From Isoptericola halotolerans (lineage in GTDB: Bacteria > Actinomycetota > Actinomycetes > Actinomycetales > Cellulomonadaceae), in the NCBI RefSeq assembly GCF_013149785.1, contig NZ_JABEZU010000001.1:186001-250000 (forward strand): a stretch of 64,000 nucleotides of DNA, read 5' to 3'. The position numbers and the translations under genes are program-made. This document shows positions 10,232 through 19,207 of the stretch, in pieces; the stretch's first letter is position 1, and every line of letters starts with the position of its first letter. The notes below the pieces were generated by a model. That model was not told the origin of the DNA, made no database searches, and was given only the letters and a program-made list of their open reading frames with translations.

Positions 10232-11188
10232 TCAGTTGATCGCGGCCTTCAGGGCCTCGGCGTTCGCGGCTGCCCAGGTGCGGAAGTCGCGCAGCGCGGG
10301 GTTGAGCAGGCGGAGCTCGTCGAGGTCGCGGGCGCCCGTGAACTGGGCGTCGAAGTCGCCGTAGTACTGGAACATGTTCGCGATCTCCTCCGCAGCGGGG
10401 ACGGGAAGAGCTCGGAACGCGTCGTACGGGACGGCCTCGAACCGGACGGTCTCGTCGATGACCTCGCCGATGACCTCCGCGTAGTCGGCGCCCGTCAGGT
10501 GGTCGCCGGCCAGGCTGACCGTCTGCCCGACGTGCGTGTCTCCGGCGGCGAGGATGGCGAACGCGGTGCGGCCGATGTCGTCGACGTCGACGCCGGCGAG
10601 GAGCTTCCCGGGCTCGAGCGGCAGCGTGAGCGTGACCACGCCGTCCTCCGTGCGACGGGGCGCGAAGGGGCCGGCGAACCCTTGGAAGTAGTAGGTGGTG
10701 TTCAGGAACGTCGTGGGCACCCCGGCCTCGGTGAAGAGGCGGTTCCCCTCGCCCTTGGCGTCGAAGTGGGGCACGTTGTAGCTGTCCTGCAGGACGGGCA
10801 TGCGAGGGTCGCTGACCGGGAGCAGGTCGCGGGTGTCCTCGAGCGTGGACCACACCACGTGGGAGAGGTTCGCGGAGGCTGCGGCCTCGGCGAGGTTCGC
10901 GATCTCCTGCGTCTCCTGGGCGGCGGAGAGGTGTGCCCAGAAGTTGGTGACGAGGAACGCCCCGTGGGCGCCCGCGAACGCTGCGTCGAGGGTGGCCGGG
11001 TCGGTGAAGTCGGCCTGGACGACCTCCACGCCCCGGGCGGCGAGAGCCTGTGCGGCCGGAGCCTGCGGGTCGCGGGTGATGGCGCGGACGGCGAAGCGCT
11101 GCTGGGGGTCCTCCAGGACTGCGGTGACCATGCCTCCGCCCTGAGACCCGGTGGCACCTGCGACGACGATGATCGGCTTGCTGGTCAT
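10232..11188 (-). CDS. NmrA/HSCARG family NAD(P)-binding protein
   Basis: MTSKPIIVVAGATGSQGG, VPHFDAK; ATG 11188 overlaps the upstream MarR stop. Confidence 0.9.
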   Translation of the reverse strand: MTSKPIIVVAGATGSQGGGMVTAVLEDPQQRFAVRAITRDPQAPAAQALAARGVEVVQADFTDPATLDAAFAGAHGAFLVTNFWAHLSAAQETQEIANLAEAAASANLSHVVWSTLEDTRDLLPVSDPRMPVLQDSYNVPHFDAKGEGNRLFTEAGVPTTFLNTTYYFQGFAGPFAPRRTEDGVVTLTLPLEPGKLLAGVDVDDIGRTAFAILAAGDTHVGQTVSLAGDHLTGADYAEVIGEVIDETVRFEAVPYDAFRALPVPAAEEIANMFQYYGDFDAQFTGARDLDELRLLNPALRDFRTWAAANAEALKAAIN

Positions 11189-11706
11189 GATGTTTCTCCT
11201 GTGGGTGAGTTCGGGACGTCGGAAGATCGGGGGCGGGGGGAGTCGAGGTCGAGATGTCGACGGACGGCGGCGGCGGTCTCGTCCAGGTCGGCGAGCTGCC
11301 GGGGAGTGAAGGCGTCGACGAAGATCTCCTTGATCGCCTGGAGGTGGGGAACGGTGCTGGCGCGAAAGGCGCGGGCGCCTTCGGCGGTCAGGAGCACGCG
11401 TGACCCGCGGGCGTCCTCCGCACAGGGTTCGCGGCGTACCAGTCCGCGCTTCTCCATCCGCCCGAGGTGACCTGACAGGCGGCTGCGTTCCCACTCGATG
11501 TGTGCGGCGAGCTCCGAGGACCGCACCGTGCTCCCGTCGGCCTCGCTCAGAGCGAGCAGCACGCGGTAGTCCCCGCTCGACAGCTTCGAGTCCTGGTGCA
11601 GGCGGGACTCGATGCGGGCGCGGACGATGTCGAAGGTCTCGACGTGCGCACGCCAGGTCGCGAGCTCCTCGCTCGTGGGGAGGTTCCGACGCCCTGCTGC
11701 ACCCAT
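11185..11706 (-). CDS. MarR family transcriptional regulator
   Basis: DYRVLLALSE..WERSRLSGHLGRMEKRGLVRR..DARG..LTAEG. Confidence 0.9.
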   Translation of the reverse strand: MGAAGRRNLPTSEELATWRAHVETFDIVRARIESRLHQDSKLSSGDYRVLLALSEADGSTVRSSELAAHIEWERSRLSGHLGRMEKRGLVRREPCAEDARGSRVLLTAEGARAFRASTVPHLQAIKEIFVDAFTPRQLADLDETAAAVRRHLDLDSPRPRSSDVPNSPTGETS

Positions 11707-11722
11707 CACTGCTCCTCGGTAG

Positions 11723-11762
11723 TTGACACGTGAATCATATGCACGGATGATTCACGTGTCAA
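11723..11762. promoter_or_regulatory. 16-bp perfect inverted repeat in divergent MarR/LLM promoter (likely MarR operators)
   Basis: TTGACACGTGAATCAT (11723-11738), 8-bp spacer, ATGATTCACGTGTCAA (11747-11762). Confidence 0.75.
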
Positions 11763-11780
11763 TCAACTGGTGGAGGTGGC

Positions 11781-12929
11781 GTGATGACCGAGACGACGGT
11801 GGCGCGAGGCTTGCAGCTCGGGCTGGGCACGTTCGGCGACGTGGCGAGCGACGGCGGGCGGGTGCTGGGTGACGCGGAGACCGTGCGACTGATCGTCGAG
11901 GAGGCGCAGCTCGCCGAGGCGGTCGGCCTCGACGTGTTCAGCGTGGGGGAGCACTACCGAGAGGGGCAGGTCGACTCGGCGACCTCCGTGCTGCTGGCGG
12001 CGGCTGCCCAGGCGACGAGCACGATCCGGCTGGGGACCGCGGTGACGGTGCTGTCCACGCAGGACCCGGTGCGGCTGTACCAGGAGTTCGCCACGGTGGA
12101 CGCGATCTCCGAGGGGCGGACCGAGATGGTGCTCGGGCGTGGGTCCGCGACGGAGTCGTTCGGGCTGTTCGGCTTCGACATCGCGGAGTACGAGGGGCTC
12201 TTCGAGGAGAAGCTGGAGCTGTTCCTCCGTCTGATGCGCGAGGACCGCGTGACCTGGTCGGGCCGGTACCGGCCCGCGCTGGACGAGGTGCGGCTGCATC
12301 CGCGCATGCCCGACGGCGGCGTCCCGGCGTGGATGGGGGTCGGCGGCAGTCCCGGCTCGGTCCTGCGCGCGGCGCAGCACGGGCTGCCGTTGATGATGGC
12401 GATCATCGGCGGCCGACCGGAACGCTTCGCCGGGCACGCGGAGCTGTACCTGCGAGCACTGGGCCGGCTCGGGCGCCCCGAGCTGCCGATCGGGCAGCAC
12501 TCTCTCGGGCTGGTCGCAGAGACCGACGAGCAGGCGCGGGAGGTGCACTGGCAGCACTGGGAGCCGGTGGTGACCCGGATCGGCCGAGAACGGGGCTTCT
12601 ACGCGCCCACGTACGAGCGGTACCTGCAGGAGGTCGACGGGGGAGCGTTGTACGTCGGCGGGGTGGAGACGGTGGCGCAGAAGATCGCGCAGGTCGTCCG
12701 CGCCAACCATCTCTCCCGGTTCGACCTGAAGTACGACCTCCTGCACCTCCCGCGGGCGGCCAGGGAGCGGAGCATCCGCCTGTTCGGCGAGGAGGTCGCA
12801 CCCCGGGTGCGTGAGCTGCTCGACGGCCTCGACGACACGTGGGACCTGACCGGCAGGAGCGTCGCGCAGATCACCTCGGACGGCGGGCCGGTCCGCGCCG
12901 GGGGGACCGGGAATAGATCTCTGAGTTGA
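11781..12929 (+). CDS. LLM-class (luciferase-like) flavin-dependent oxidoreductase
   Basis: VGEHY, IRLGTAVTVLSTQDPVRLYQEFATVD, GRGS; SD GGAGGT upstream. Confidence 0.9.
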   Translation: MMTETTVARGLQLGLGTFGDVASDGGRVLGDAETVRLIVEEAQLAEAVGLDVFSVGEHYREGQVDSATSVLLAAAAQATSTIRLGTAVTVLSTQDPVRLYQEFATVDAISEGRTEMVLGRGSATESFGLFGFDIAEYEGLFEEKLELFLRLMREDRVTWSGRYRPALDEVRLHPRMPDGGVPAWMGVGGSPGSVLRAAQHGLPLMMAIIGGRPERFAGHAELYLRALGRLGRPELPIGQHSLGLVAETDEQAREVHWQHWEPVVTRIGRERGFYAPTYERYLQEVDGGALYVGGVETVAQKIAQVVRANHLSRFDLKYDLLHLPRAARERSIRLFGEEVAPRVRELLDGLDDTWDLTGRSVAQITSDGGPVRAGGTGNRSLS

Positions 12930-12941
12930 GTGTTCAACTCA
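12922..12941. promoter_or_regulatory. Palindromic operator-like site upstream of MoaF-like/SnoaL genes
   Basis: TGAGTTGA-GTGT-TCAACTCA perfect inverted repeat. Confidence 0.6.
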
Positions 12942-12974
12942 ACACCCCTTCCGCCATCGAGAGGACCACACGTC

Positions 12975-13295
12975 ATGACCACGCAACTGGCAGGCAAGAG
13001 CTTCAGGTTCGACCTGGGACCGCTGAAGGTGACGTTCACCTTCGACTCGACGTCGCAGGGCAGCTTCGTCGTCGAGGAGGGCGGAGGGCTCGCACCGGAC
13101 GGCCACGCCGAGACCGTCGCGCTCGACCTCAAGGAGATCCGCGACGGCGTCTACCTGAACTCGTGGACCGAGGCGAGCGGCGCCACGGTGACCCACGTCG
13201 AGGACTTCGCCCGCGGGACGCTCTACTCCAACGTCACCGTCGACGGCACCCTCTACCACCTCGTCGGCACCATCACCGAGATCACGGAGGCATGA
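12975..13295 (+). CDS. Small beta-barrel protein (MoaF-related)
   Basis: IRDGVYLNSWTEASGATVTHVEDF pattern; SD GAGGA upstream. Confidence 0.65.
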   Translation: MTTQLAGKSFRFDLGPLKVTFTFDSTSQGSFVVEEGGGLAPDGHAETVALDLKEIRDGVYLNSWTEASGATVTHVEDFARGTLYSNVTVDGTLYHLVGTITEITEA

Positions 13296-13693
13296 CCATG
13301 ACCGAGCACACCGTCCCCGCGGAGGACCAGGCCGCGCGCAACACCGAGATCGTCCTCACTGCGATGCGAGAGCTCTTCGTCGAGAAGGACCTCACCGCGC
13401 TCGAGCGGTACTGGGCCGAGCCCTACGTGCAGCACAGTCCTCAGATGCCCGACGGCCTGGACACGCTGCGCGCCGCGGTACCCGGTCTGCAGGGGTTCTC
13501 CTGGGAGCCCCGGCGCACCGCAGCCCAGGGTGACCTCGTGTTCACCCACAGCCTCGTGACCGGCTGGGCTCCCGGCCCGGTGGTGATCGTGGACATCTTC
13601 CGGTTGGAGAACGGGCGGATCGTCGAGCACTGGGACGTCGTGCAGGAGCTCACCCTGCCGGAGTCGTCCGCCAACGGGAACCCCATGGTGTGA
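13292..13693 (+). CDS. SnoaL-like / NTF2-family protein
   Basis: YVQHSP...GDLVFTH...VDIFRLENGRIVEHWDV. Confidence 0.9.
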   Translation: MTMTEHTVPAEDQAARNTEIVLTAMRELFVEKDLTALERYWAEPYVQHSPQMPDGLDTLRAAVPGLQGFSWEPRRTAAQGDLVFTHSLVTGWAPGPVVIVDIFRLENGRIVEHWDVVQELTLPESSANGNPMV

Positions 13694-13701
13694 GTCCCTT
13701 C

Positions 13702-13733
13702 CGGGAGGGCGGAGCAGCAGCTCCGCCCTCCCG
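13702..13733 (+). terminator. GC-rich hairpin (probable terminator) after SnoaL gene
   Basis: CGGGAGGGCGGAGC-AGCA-GCTCCGCCCTCCCG, 14-bp perfect stem. Confidence 0.65.
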
Positions 13734-13755
13734 AAGGCGGTGAGAGGATCGGACC

Positions 13756-14262
13756 GTGACGTCATCATCGGACGCCGAGCGCGACCTGCACGTGCCCGTC
13801 GACGGCGTCGACGAGCCCGGTGTCTGGCAGGACTTCATCCTTGCCGTCCACCTTCTCGAAGCGGCGCTCGAACGGCAGTCGCAGCGCGACGGGGGAATCT
13901 CCCACGGCCAGTTCAAGGTTCTCGTGCTCCTCAGCGCCGCCAAGGACCAGACGGTCGGGCTCAAGAGCCTGGCCGAGAGCCTCCGCTTCTCCCAGAGTCG
14001 CATCAGCCACGCCCTCACGACCCTCGAACGCCAGGGTCTCGTCGTGCGCCGCCCCACGACCGGCGGCCGGCGCGCGTCCGAAGCCACGTTGACCAACGAC
14101 GGACGACGTCTCGTCGGCCGAGTGCTCCGAGCGCAGCGCCAGGAGATCCGCGACGCTCTCTTCGCCGGCCTCGGCACGCACGGCACCGCCGCGCTCGGCG
14201 ACATCAGTGCACGCATCATCGAGATCCTCGACGACCAGACCACCGGCCCGTCGGAGAGCTGA
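13756..14262 (+). CDS. MarR family transcriptional regulator
   Basis: GISHGQFKVLVLLS..SQSRISHALTTLERQGLVVR. Confidence 0.85.
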   Translation: MTSSSDAERDLHVPVDGVDEPGVWQDFILAVHLLEAALERQSQRDGGISHGQFKVLVLLSAAKDQTVGLKSLAESLRFSQSRISHALTTLERQGLVVRRPTTGGRRASEATLTNDGRRLVGRVLRAQRQEIRDALFAGLGTHGTAALGDISARIIEILDDQTTGPSES

Positions 14263-14271
14263 GTCTTCGCC

Positions 14272-15057
14272 TCAGTCGAGCGGATGCAGGATCCGGTGCA
14301 GGAACTGCCGGGTGCGCTCCTCGCGGGGCGCGGAGAACAGCTGTGCCGGGGCGCCGCGCTCGGCGACCACGCCGCCGTCGAGGAACAGCACCTCGTCGGC
14401 CACGGAGCGGGCGAACTGCAGCTCGTGCGTCACCACGACCATCGTCCAGCCCTCGTCGGCGAGCCCCTTCATGACGCTCAGCACGTCACCGACGAGCTCA
14501 GGGTCGAGCGACGAGGTCGGCTCGTCGAAGAGCAGCAGGTCGGGCTCCAGCGCCAGCGCTCGCACGATCCCGACGCGCTGCTGCTGCCCGCCGGAGAGCT
14601 GGCGCGGGTAGGCGTCGGCCTTCTCGGCCAGCCCGACGCGGTCGAGCAGCGCCCGGCCGCGTTCCTCCGCCTGCGCGCGGGGCACCCGCTGCACCTGCAC
14701 GGGTCCCTCGGTGACGTTCTGCAGCACCGTCTTGTGCGGGAACAGGTTGTGGTGCTGGAACACCATCGCGGACCGGTCGCGCAGCGCGGTGCGGCGTGCC
14801 TCGGCGGCCCGCCGGGCCCGGCCCGAGCGCGGGGCACCCTCGAACGTGACGGACGGGCCGCCGTCGAACGCGAGCGTTCCGGCGTCGGGCGTCTCGAGGC
14901 CGTTGAGCGAGCGCAGCATCGTCGTCTTGCCGGAGCCGCTGGGTCCGATCAGGGCGACGACCTGCCCCCGGCGGACCTCGAGGTCGATGCCGCGCAGCAC
15001 GTGGTTGTCCCCGAACGACTTGTGGATACCGCGGGCGGTCAGCAGGGCGTCAGACAT
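14272..15057 (-). CDS. Polar amino acid ABC transporter ATP-binding protein (cystine-type)
   Basis: Walker [29 protein letters not shown]. Confidence 0.92.
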   Translation of the reverse strand: MSDALLTARGIHKSFGDNHVLRGIDLEVRRGQVVALIGPSGSGKTTMLRSLNGLETPDAGTLAFDGGPSVTFEGAPRSGRARRAAEARRTALRDRSAMVFQHHNLFPHKTVLQNVTEGPVQVQRVPRAQAEERGRALLDRVGLAEKADAYPRQLSGGQQQRVGIVRALALEPDLLLFDEPTSSLDPELVGDVLSVMKGLADEGWTMVVVTHELQFARSVADEVLFLDGGVVAERGAPAQLFSAPREERTRQFLHRILHPLD

Positions 15058-15703
15058 ACTGCTCCAGCTTCTTCTCGATACGGTCCTGCCCGAACGACAG
15101 CACGGTGCAGAAGATCCAGTAGATGATCGCCGCCTCGAGGTACAGCAGCAGGAACTCGCTGGTGAAGTCCGCGATCTCCCGGGCCTTGCGGAACAGCTCG
15201 GTCACCAGGATGAGCGAGGCGAGCGAGGTGTCCTTGACCAGCGAGATGAAGGTGTTGGACAGCGGTGGCACGCTGACGCGGGCGGCCTGCGGCAGGATGA
15301 TCCGCCGCAGCGTGCGCTGGCGTGACATCCCGACCACGTACCCGGCCTCCCACTGGCCCTGCGGGACGGAGAGGATCGCGGCGCGGATGACCTCGGCCGC
15401 GTACCCGCCCACGTTGAGCGAGAAGGCGACGATGGCGCTCGGCCACGGGTCGATCGTCACACCGAGGGTGGGCAGCCCGTAGAAGATGACGAAGAGCTGC
15501 ACGAGCAGCGGGGTGCCGCGGATGACCGACACGTACACCCGCCCGGCGGCGCGCAGCGCCCGGTGGGTGGACAGCCGCAGCAGCGCGACCCCCAGGGCGA
15601 TCACCAGCCCGATGGCGAACGACATCAGCGCCAGCGGGATCGTGCCCGTCAGGCCACCGAGGACGATCGGCCACCACGAGTCGAGAAACAGCTCCACGTC
15701 CAT
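15050..15703 (-). CDS. Polar amino acid ABC transporter permease
   Basis: IRGTPLLVQLF, YAAEVIRAAI, LVKDTSLAS. Confidence 0.92.
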   Translation of the reverse strand: MDVELFLDSWWPIVLGGLTGTIPLALMSFAIGLVIALGVALLRLSTHRALRAAGRVYVSVIRGTPLLVQLFVIFYGLPTLGVTIDPWPSAIVAFSLNVGGYAAEVIRAAILSVPQGQWEAGYVVGMSRQRTLRRIILPQAARVSVPPLSNTFISLVKDTSLASLILVTELFRKAREIADFTSEFLLLYLEAAIIYWIFCTVLSFGQDRIEKKLEQYV

Positions 15704-15761
15704 GTGCTCACCTCACCATTCACGCGCACGCGGACGACGGCGGCGCGCGGGGGACGTGCGA

Positions 15762-15793
15762 GAGCGTCGGCACCCGCTCGGGTGCCGACGCTC
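15762..15793 (-). other. Intercistronic hairpin between substrate-binding and permease genes
   Basis: GAGCGTCGGCACCCG-CT-CGGGTGCCGACGCTC perfect inverted repeat. Confidence 0.6.
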
Positions 15794-15815
15794 CACGCGT
15801 TTCGCTAGCGGTCGG

Positions 15816-16625
15816 TCACTCGGAGACGTCGGTCCCGAAGTACTTCTCCGACAGCTCGGTGAGCGTACCGTCGGTCCGCAGCTCGTCCAGCGCCCCGTCG
15901 ATCGCCTCGGCCAGGGCCGCGCGCTCGGGGGTGACGACGAACCCGGACTCCGAGGTCTCGTCGGTCTCCGCAGCGATCTCGATCGGTGCGTCGGGGTGCT
16001 CGTTGAGGTAGTCGAGCACGGTGAGCGAGTCGTTGACGGTCGCGTCGACGCGCCCCTGCTCGATGAGCGCGACCGACTGGGCCCAGCCCTCGACGACCTC
16101 GATCTGCGCGCCGGACTCCTCCGCGAGCGTGCGCCAGTTGCTCGTCCCCGACTGCGCGGTGGTCTTGCCGTCCAGGTCGGCGAAGCTCGAGATCGCGGTG
16201 TCACCCTCGGCCACGACGACGACGCCGCGCGAGACGGTGTACGGCTGGGAGAACTCGTAGCTCTCCAGGCGCTCGGGGGTCATGGACACCTGGTTGGCGA
16301 TGGTGTCGAAGCGCCCGGCGTCGAGCCCGGCGAAGATGCCGTCCCACTGGGTCTCGGCGAAGGAGACCTCGAGGCCGAGCTTGTCGGCGACGGCCTCGGC
16401 GACCTCCACGTCGTAGCCGACGAGGTCGCCGGTCGCGTCGTGGAAGGTGAACGGCCGGTAGGTGCCCTCGGTGGCGACGGTCAGGGTGCCGTCGGAGACC
16501 AGGTTGAGGTCCGACCCGGCCTCGGCGTCGGTGGTGCCGCCGTCGCCGGAACCCCCGCAGGCCGCGAGCGCCAGGGCGGTGAGCGTGGCGGTGGCGGTGG
16601 CGAGGATGGCGCGGTGGCGTCGCAT
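15816..16625 (-). CDS. Amino acid ABC transporter substrate-binding lipoprotein (cystine-binding-like)
   Basis: Lipobox LAAC, ATEGTYRPFTF, WDGIFAGL, SNW; ATG 16625 with SD AGGAG. Confidence 0.9.
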   Translation of the reverse strand: MRRHRAILATATATLTALALAACGGSGDGGTTDAEAGSDLNLVSDGTLTVATEGTYRPFTFHDATGDLVGYDVEVAEAVADKLGLEVSFAETQWDGIFAGLDAGRFDTIANQVSMTPERLESYEFSQPYTVSRGVVVVAEGDTAISSFADLDGKTTAQSGTSNWRTLAEESGAQIEVVEGWAQSVALIEQGRVDATVNDSLTVLDYLNEHPDAPIEIAAETDETSESGFVVTPERAALAEAIDGALDELRTDGTLTELSEKYFGTDVSE

Positions 16626-16818
16626 GGAGGATCTCCTGTGTCGTGGTGCCCCGGCGGGTGCGCCGGTGGCATCGGGTACGTCCAATGCATCGAAGGTATC
16701 GATGCGTGCATCGATGATCACGATGCTGACGGTGGAACAGGATGGCACGGTGGTCGCATTCCCGCTGTGAGGCAGGACACGGCCCCGGGTCCCGGGGAAC
16801 GCGTGGCAGGCTGGCCCG

Positions 16819-17298
16819 ATGAGCACCGACGTCACCGCCCTGATCGCCGAGGTCGAGTCCACCGAGCGTGAGCTGGTCCTGCCGCGCTTCACCCACGACG
16901 ACGCGTGGCGGCTCGGCTGCCTGCTGGTCGAGCTCGCCGGAGAGCGGGACCTGCCCGTGACGGTCGACGTGCGCAAGGGCACCCAGCAGGTGTTCCACGC
17001 GGCCCGTGAGGGCACGACGCCGGACAACGACTCGTGGGTGGAGCGCAAGGTGCGCGTGGTCTACCGCTTCGGGGCGTCGTCGTACCTGGTCGGGCTGCGT
17101 GCCCGGGCGCAGGGCCGCGACTTCAACGAGACCCACCAGCTGTCGCTGCAGGAGTACGCGGCGCACGGCGGGGCGTTCCCGCTCCGTGTCGACGGGGCGG
17201 GGATCGTGGGCGTGGTGACGGTCTCCGGACTCGCCCAGGCCGACGACCACGCGCTCGTGGTGGAGGCGCTGCGCACCTTCGCGCGCACACCTGCCTGA
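16819..17298 (+). CDS. Heme-degrading domain protein (UPF0303, GlcG/HbpS-like)
   Basis: DNDSWVERK, YAAHGGAFPL, VSGLAQADDH. Confidence 0.85.
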   Translation: MSTDVTALIAEVESTERELVLPRFTHDDAWRLGCLLVELAGERDLPVTVDVRKGTQQVFHAAREGTTPDNDSWVERKVRVVYRFGASSYLVGLRARAQGRDFNETHQLSLQEYAAHGGAFPLRVDGAGIVGVVTVSGLAQADDHALVVEALRTFARTPA

Positions 17299-17327
17299 GG
17301 GCGCCGCCGCTCGCATACGGTGTGCGG

Positions 17328-18824
17328 GTGAGTCTGATCCTACGCAACGCCCGCCGTGCGGGCCGCTTCGAGGGCCTGGTCGACGTCGCGCTCGACGAGG
17401 GTCGGATCGCCGCGGTCGTGCCGGCCGGCGCGGACGTGCCCGACCGCCCGTCGGGCGCCCGGCAGAGCGTCGACCTCGAGGGCCGGGTCCTGATGCCCGG
17501 TCTGTGGGACGCGCACACCCACCTGACGCAGTGGGCGCTGGTGCGGCACCGGCTCGACGTCTCCGCGGCGACCAGCCCCGAGCACGCCGCGGCGCTCGTG
17601 CGGGCACGGGTGCACGGTGCGACGACGCCGACGCCGCAGGGCCAGCCGCTGGTGGGGTACGGGTTCCGGTGGGCGGGCTGGGAGCACGAGCCGACCGCCG
17701 CCGTGCTCGACGACGCCGTCGGCGACGTCCCCGTGATCCTGCTCTCCGGCGACCTGCACAGCGCGTGGGCGTCGAGCGCCGGGCTGCGCTACCTCGGTAT
17801 CCATCACCACCCGACCGGGCTGCTGCGCGAGGAGGAGTGGATGGCCGCCAGCCCGCGGATCGTCACGGTGGACGACGACGTCGCGGACGAGCTCGTGGTC
17901 GACGCCGCCCGCGCCGCGGCCGAGCGCGGCGTCGTCGGCGTCGTCGACCTCGAGGTCGCGGACAACCTCGCGTCCTGGCGCCGGCGCGTCACGCGGGGAT
18001 GGTCGGGGCTGCGGGTGCGCGCGGGGGTGTGGGAGCAGTACCTGGACGCCGTGCTGGACGAGGGCCTCACCGACGGCGATCCCTTGGTCGAGGGCGCCAC
18101 CCTGGTGACGCAGGGCCCGCTGAAGGTGATCAGCGACGGCTCGCTGAACACGCTGACCGCCTACTGCTTCGACACGTACGCCGGGTCGACGGGTCAGGAT
18201 GCGTACGGCATCCTCAACATCGCGACGGACCACCTCGTGCCGCTGATGGCCCGCGCGCACCGGGCGGGGCTGCGGTGCGCGATCCACGCGATCGGCGACC
18301 ACGCGAACGCCCTCGCGCTCGACGCCTTCGCCGCCTCGGGGGCGCAGGGTTCGATCGAGCACGCGCAGCTGCTGCAGGCCGACGACGTCGCACGCTTCGC
18401 CGCGCTCGGCGTGACGGCGAGCGTCCAGCCGGAGCACGCCATGGACGACCGCGACCTCGCCGAGGAGCTGTGGCCGGACCGCACCGCCCGGGCGTTCCCG
18501 CTGGCGGACCTGCGCCGGGCCGGGGTGCCGCTCGCCCTCGGCTCGGACGCGCCGGTCGCCCCGCTCGACCCGTGGGTCGCGGTCGCGGCGGCGGTCACCC
18601 GGTCCCGTGACGGGCGCGAGCCCTGGCACCCCGAGCAGAGCCTGGACCTGCGCACCGCCCTCGAGGCGTCGGTGGACGGCCGGTCGCTCGACCTCGACGC
18701 CGGGGACCCGGCGGACCTCGCGGTCGTCGACGTCGACCCGTTCGCCGTCGACCCGGACGGCCTGCGCGAGATGCCGGTGGCGGGCACGCTGGTCGCCGGG
18801 GAGTGGACGCACCGTGCCTTCTGA
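17328..18824 (+). CDS. Metal-dependent amidohydrolase (YtcJ-like)
   Basis: PGLWDAHTH, KVISDGSL, HAIGD, IEHAQ, GSDAP. Confidence 0.9.
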   Translation: MSLILRNARRAGRFEGLVDVALDEGRIAAVVPAGADVPDRPSGARQSVDLEGRVLMPGLWDAHTHLTQWALVRHRLDVSAATSPEHAAALVRARVHGATTPTPQGQPLVGYGFRWAGWEHEPTAAVLDDAVGDVPVILLSGDLHSAWASSAGLRYLGIHHHPTGLLREEEWMAASPRIVTVDDDVADELVVDAARAAAERGVVGVVDLEVADNLASWRRRVTRGWSGLRVRAGVWEQYLDAVLDEGLTDGDPLVEGATLVTQGPLKVISDGSLNTLTAYCFDTYAGSTGQDAYGILNIATDHLVPLMARAHRAGLRCAIHAIGDHANALALDAFAASGAQGSIEHAQLLQADDVARFAALGVTASVQPEHAMDDRDLAEELWPDRTARAFPLADLRRAGVPLALGSDAPVAPLDPWVAVAAAVTRSRDGREPWHPEQSLDLRTALEASVDGRSLDLDAGDPADLAVVDVDPFAVDPDGLREMPVAGTLVAGEWTHRAF

Positions 18825-19194
18825 GCCGGGCCCTGCGGCGCCGGGTGCCACGCCGGACGACGCCGGGCCCGAGGCGCGTCTGCACGCCCGGCTGGCGGAG
18901 GTCGAGGCCCGGATCGCCGCACAGCGCCGCCTCGTCGACGACATCGTCGGGGTGGTCCGCGACGAGAACGTCGACGACGAGCACGACCCGGAGGGCGCCA
19001 CGCTCGCCTGGGAGCGGCAGCAGGCGGCGGCGCTCGCCGCGGAGGCCGCCGTCGAGCGTGACGAGCTGGTCGCCGCGCTCGACCGGGTGGCCGCCGGGAC
19101 CTACGGCGTCTGTGCCGTGTGCGGGCGCCAGATCCCGACGGGGCGCCTGGAGGTCCGGCCGGCGGCGACCCGCTGCGTGGAGCACGCCGGCTGA
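18814..19194 (+). CDS. TraR/DksA family zinc-finger protein
   Basis: DDEHDPEG coiled-coil tip; YGVCAVCG..I...RLEVRP.A.RCVEH. Confidence 0.85.
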   Translation: MPSEPGPAAPGATPDDAGPEARLHARLAEVEARIAAQRRLVDDIVGVVRDENVDDEHDPEGATLAWERQQAAALAAEAAVERDELVAALDRVAAGTYGVCAVCGRQIPTGRLEVRPAATRCVEHAG

Positions 19195-19207
19195 GCGACA
19201 GCGAGGA

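Noticed and set aside
8537..11470. 977-aa plus-strand ORF and many similar long overlapping ORFs
   Set aside because: High-GC antisense shadows of recognisable genes, with no motifs.
16626..16800. Cys-rich leader peptide or SAM riboswitch before the cystine-type ABC operon
   Set aside because: No suitable short ORF or riboswitch core recognised by eye; an Rfam scan would be needed.
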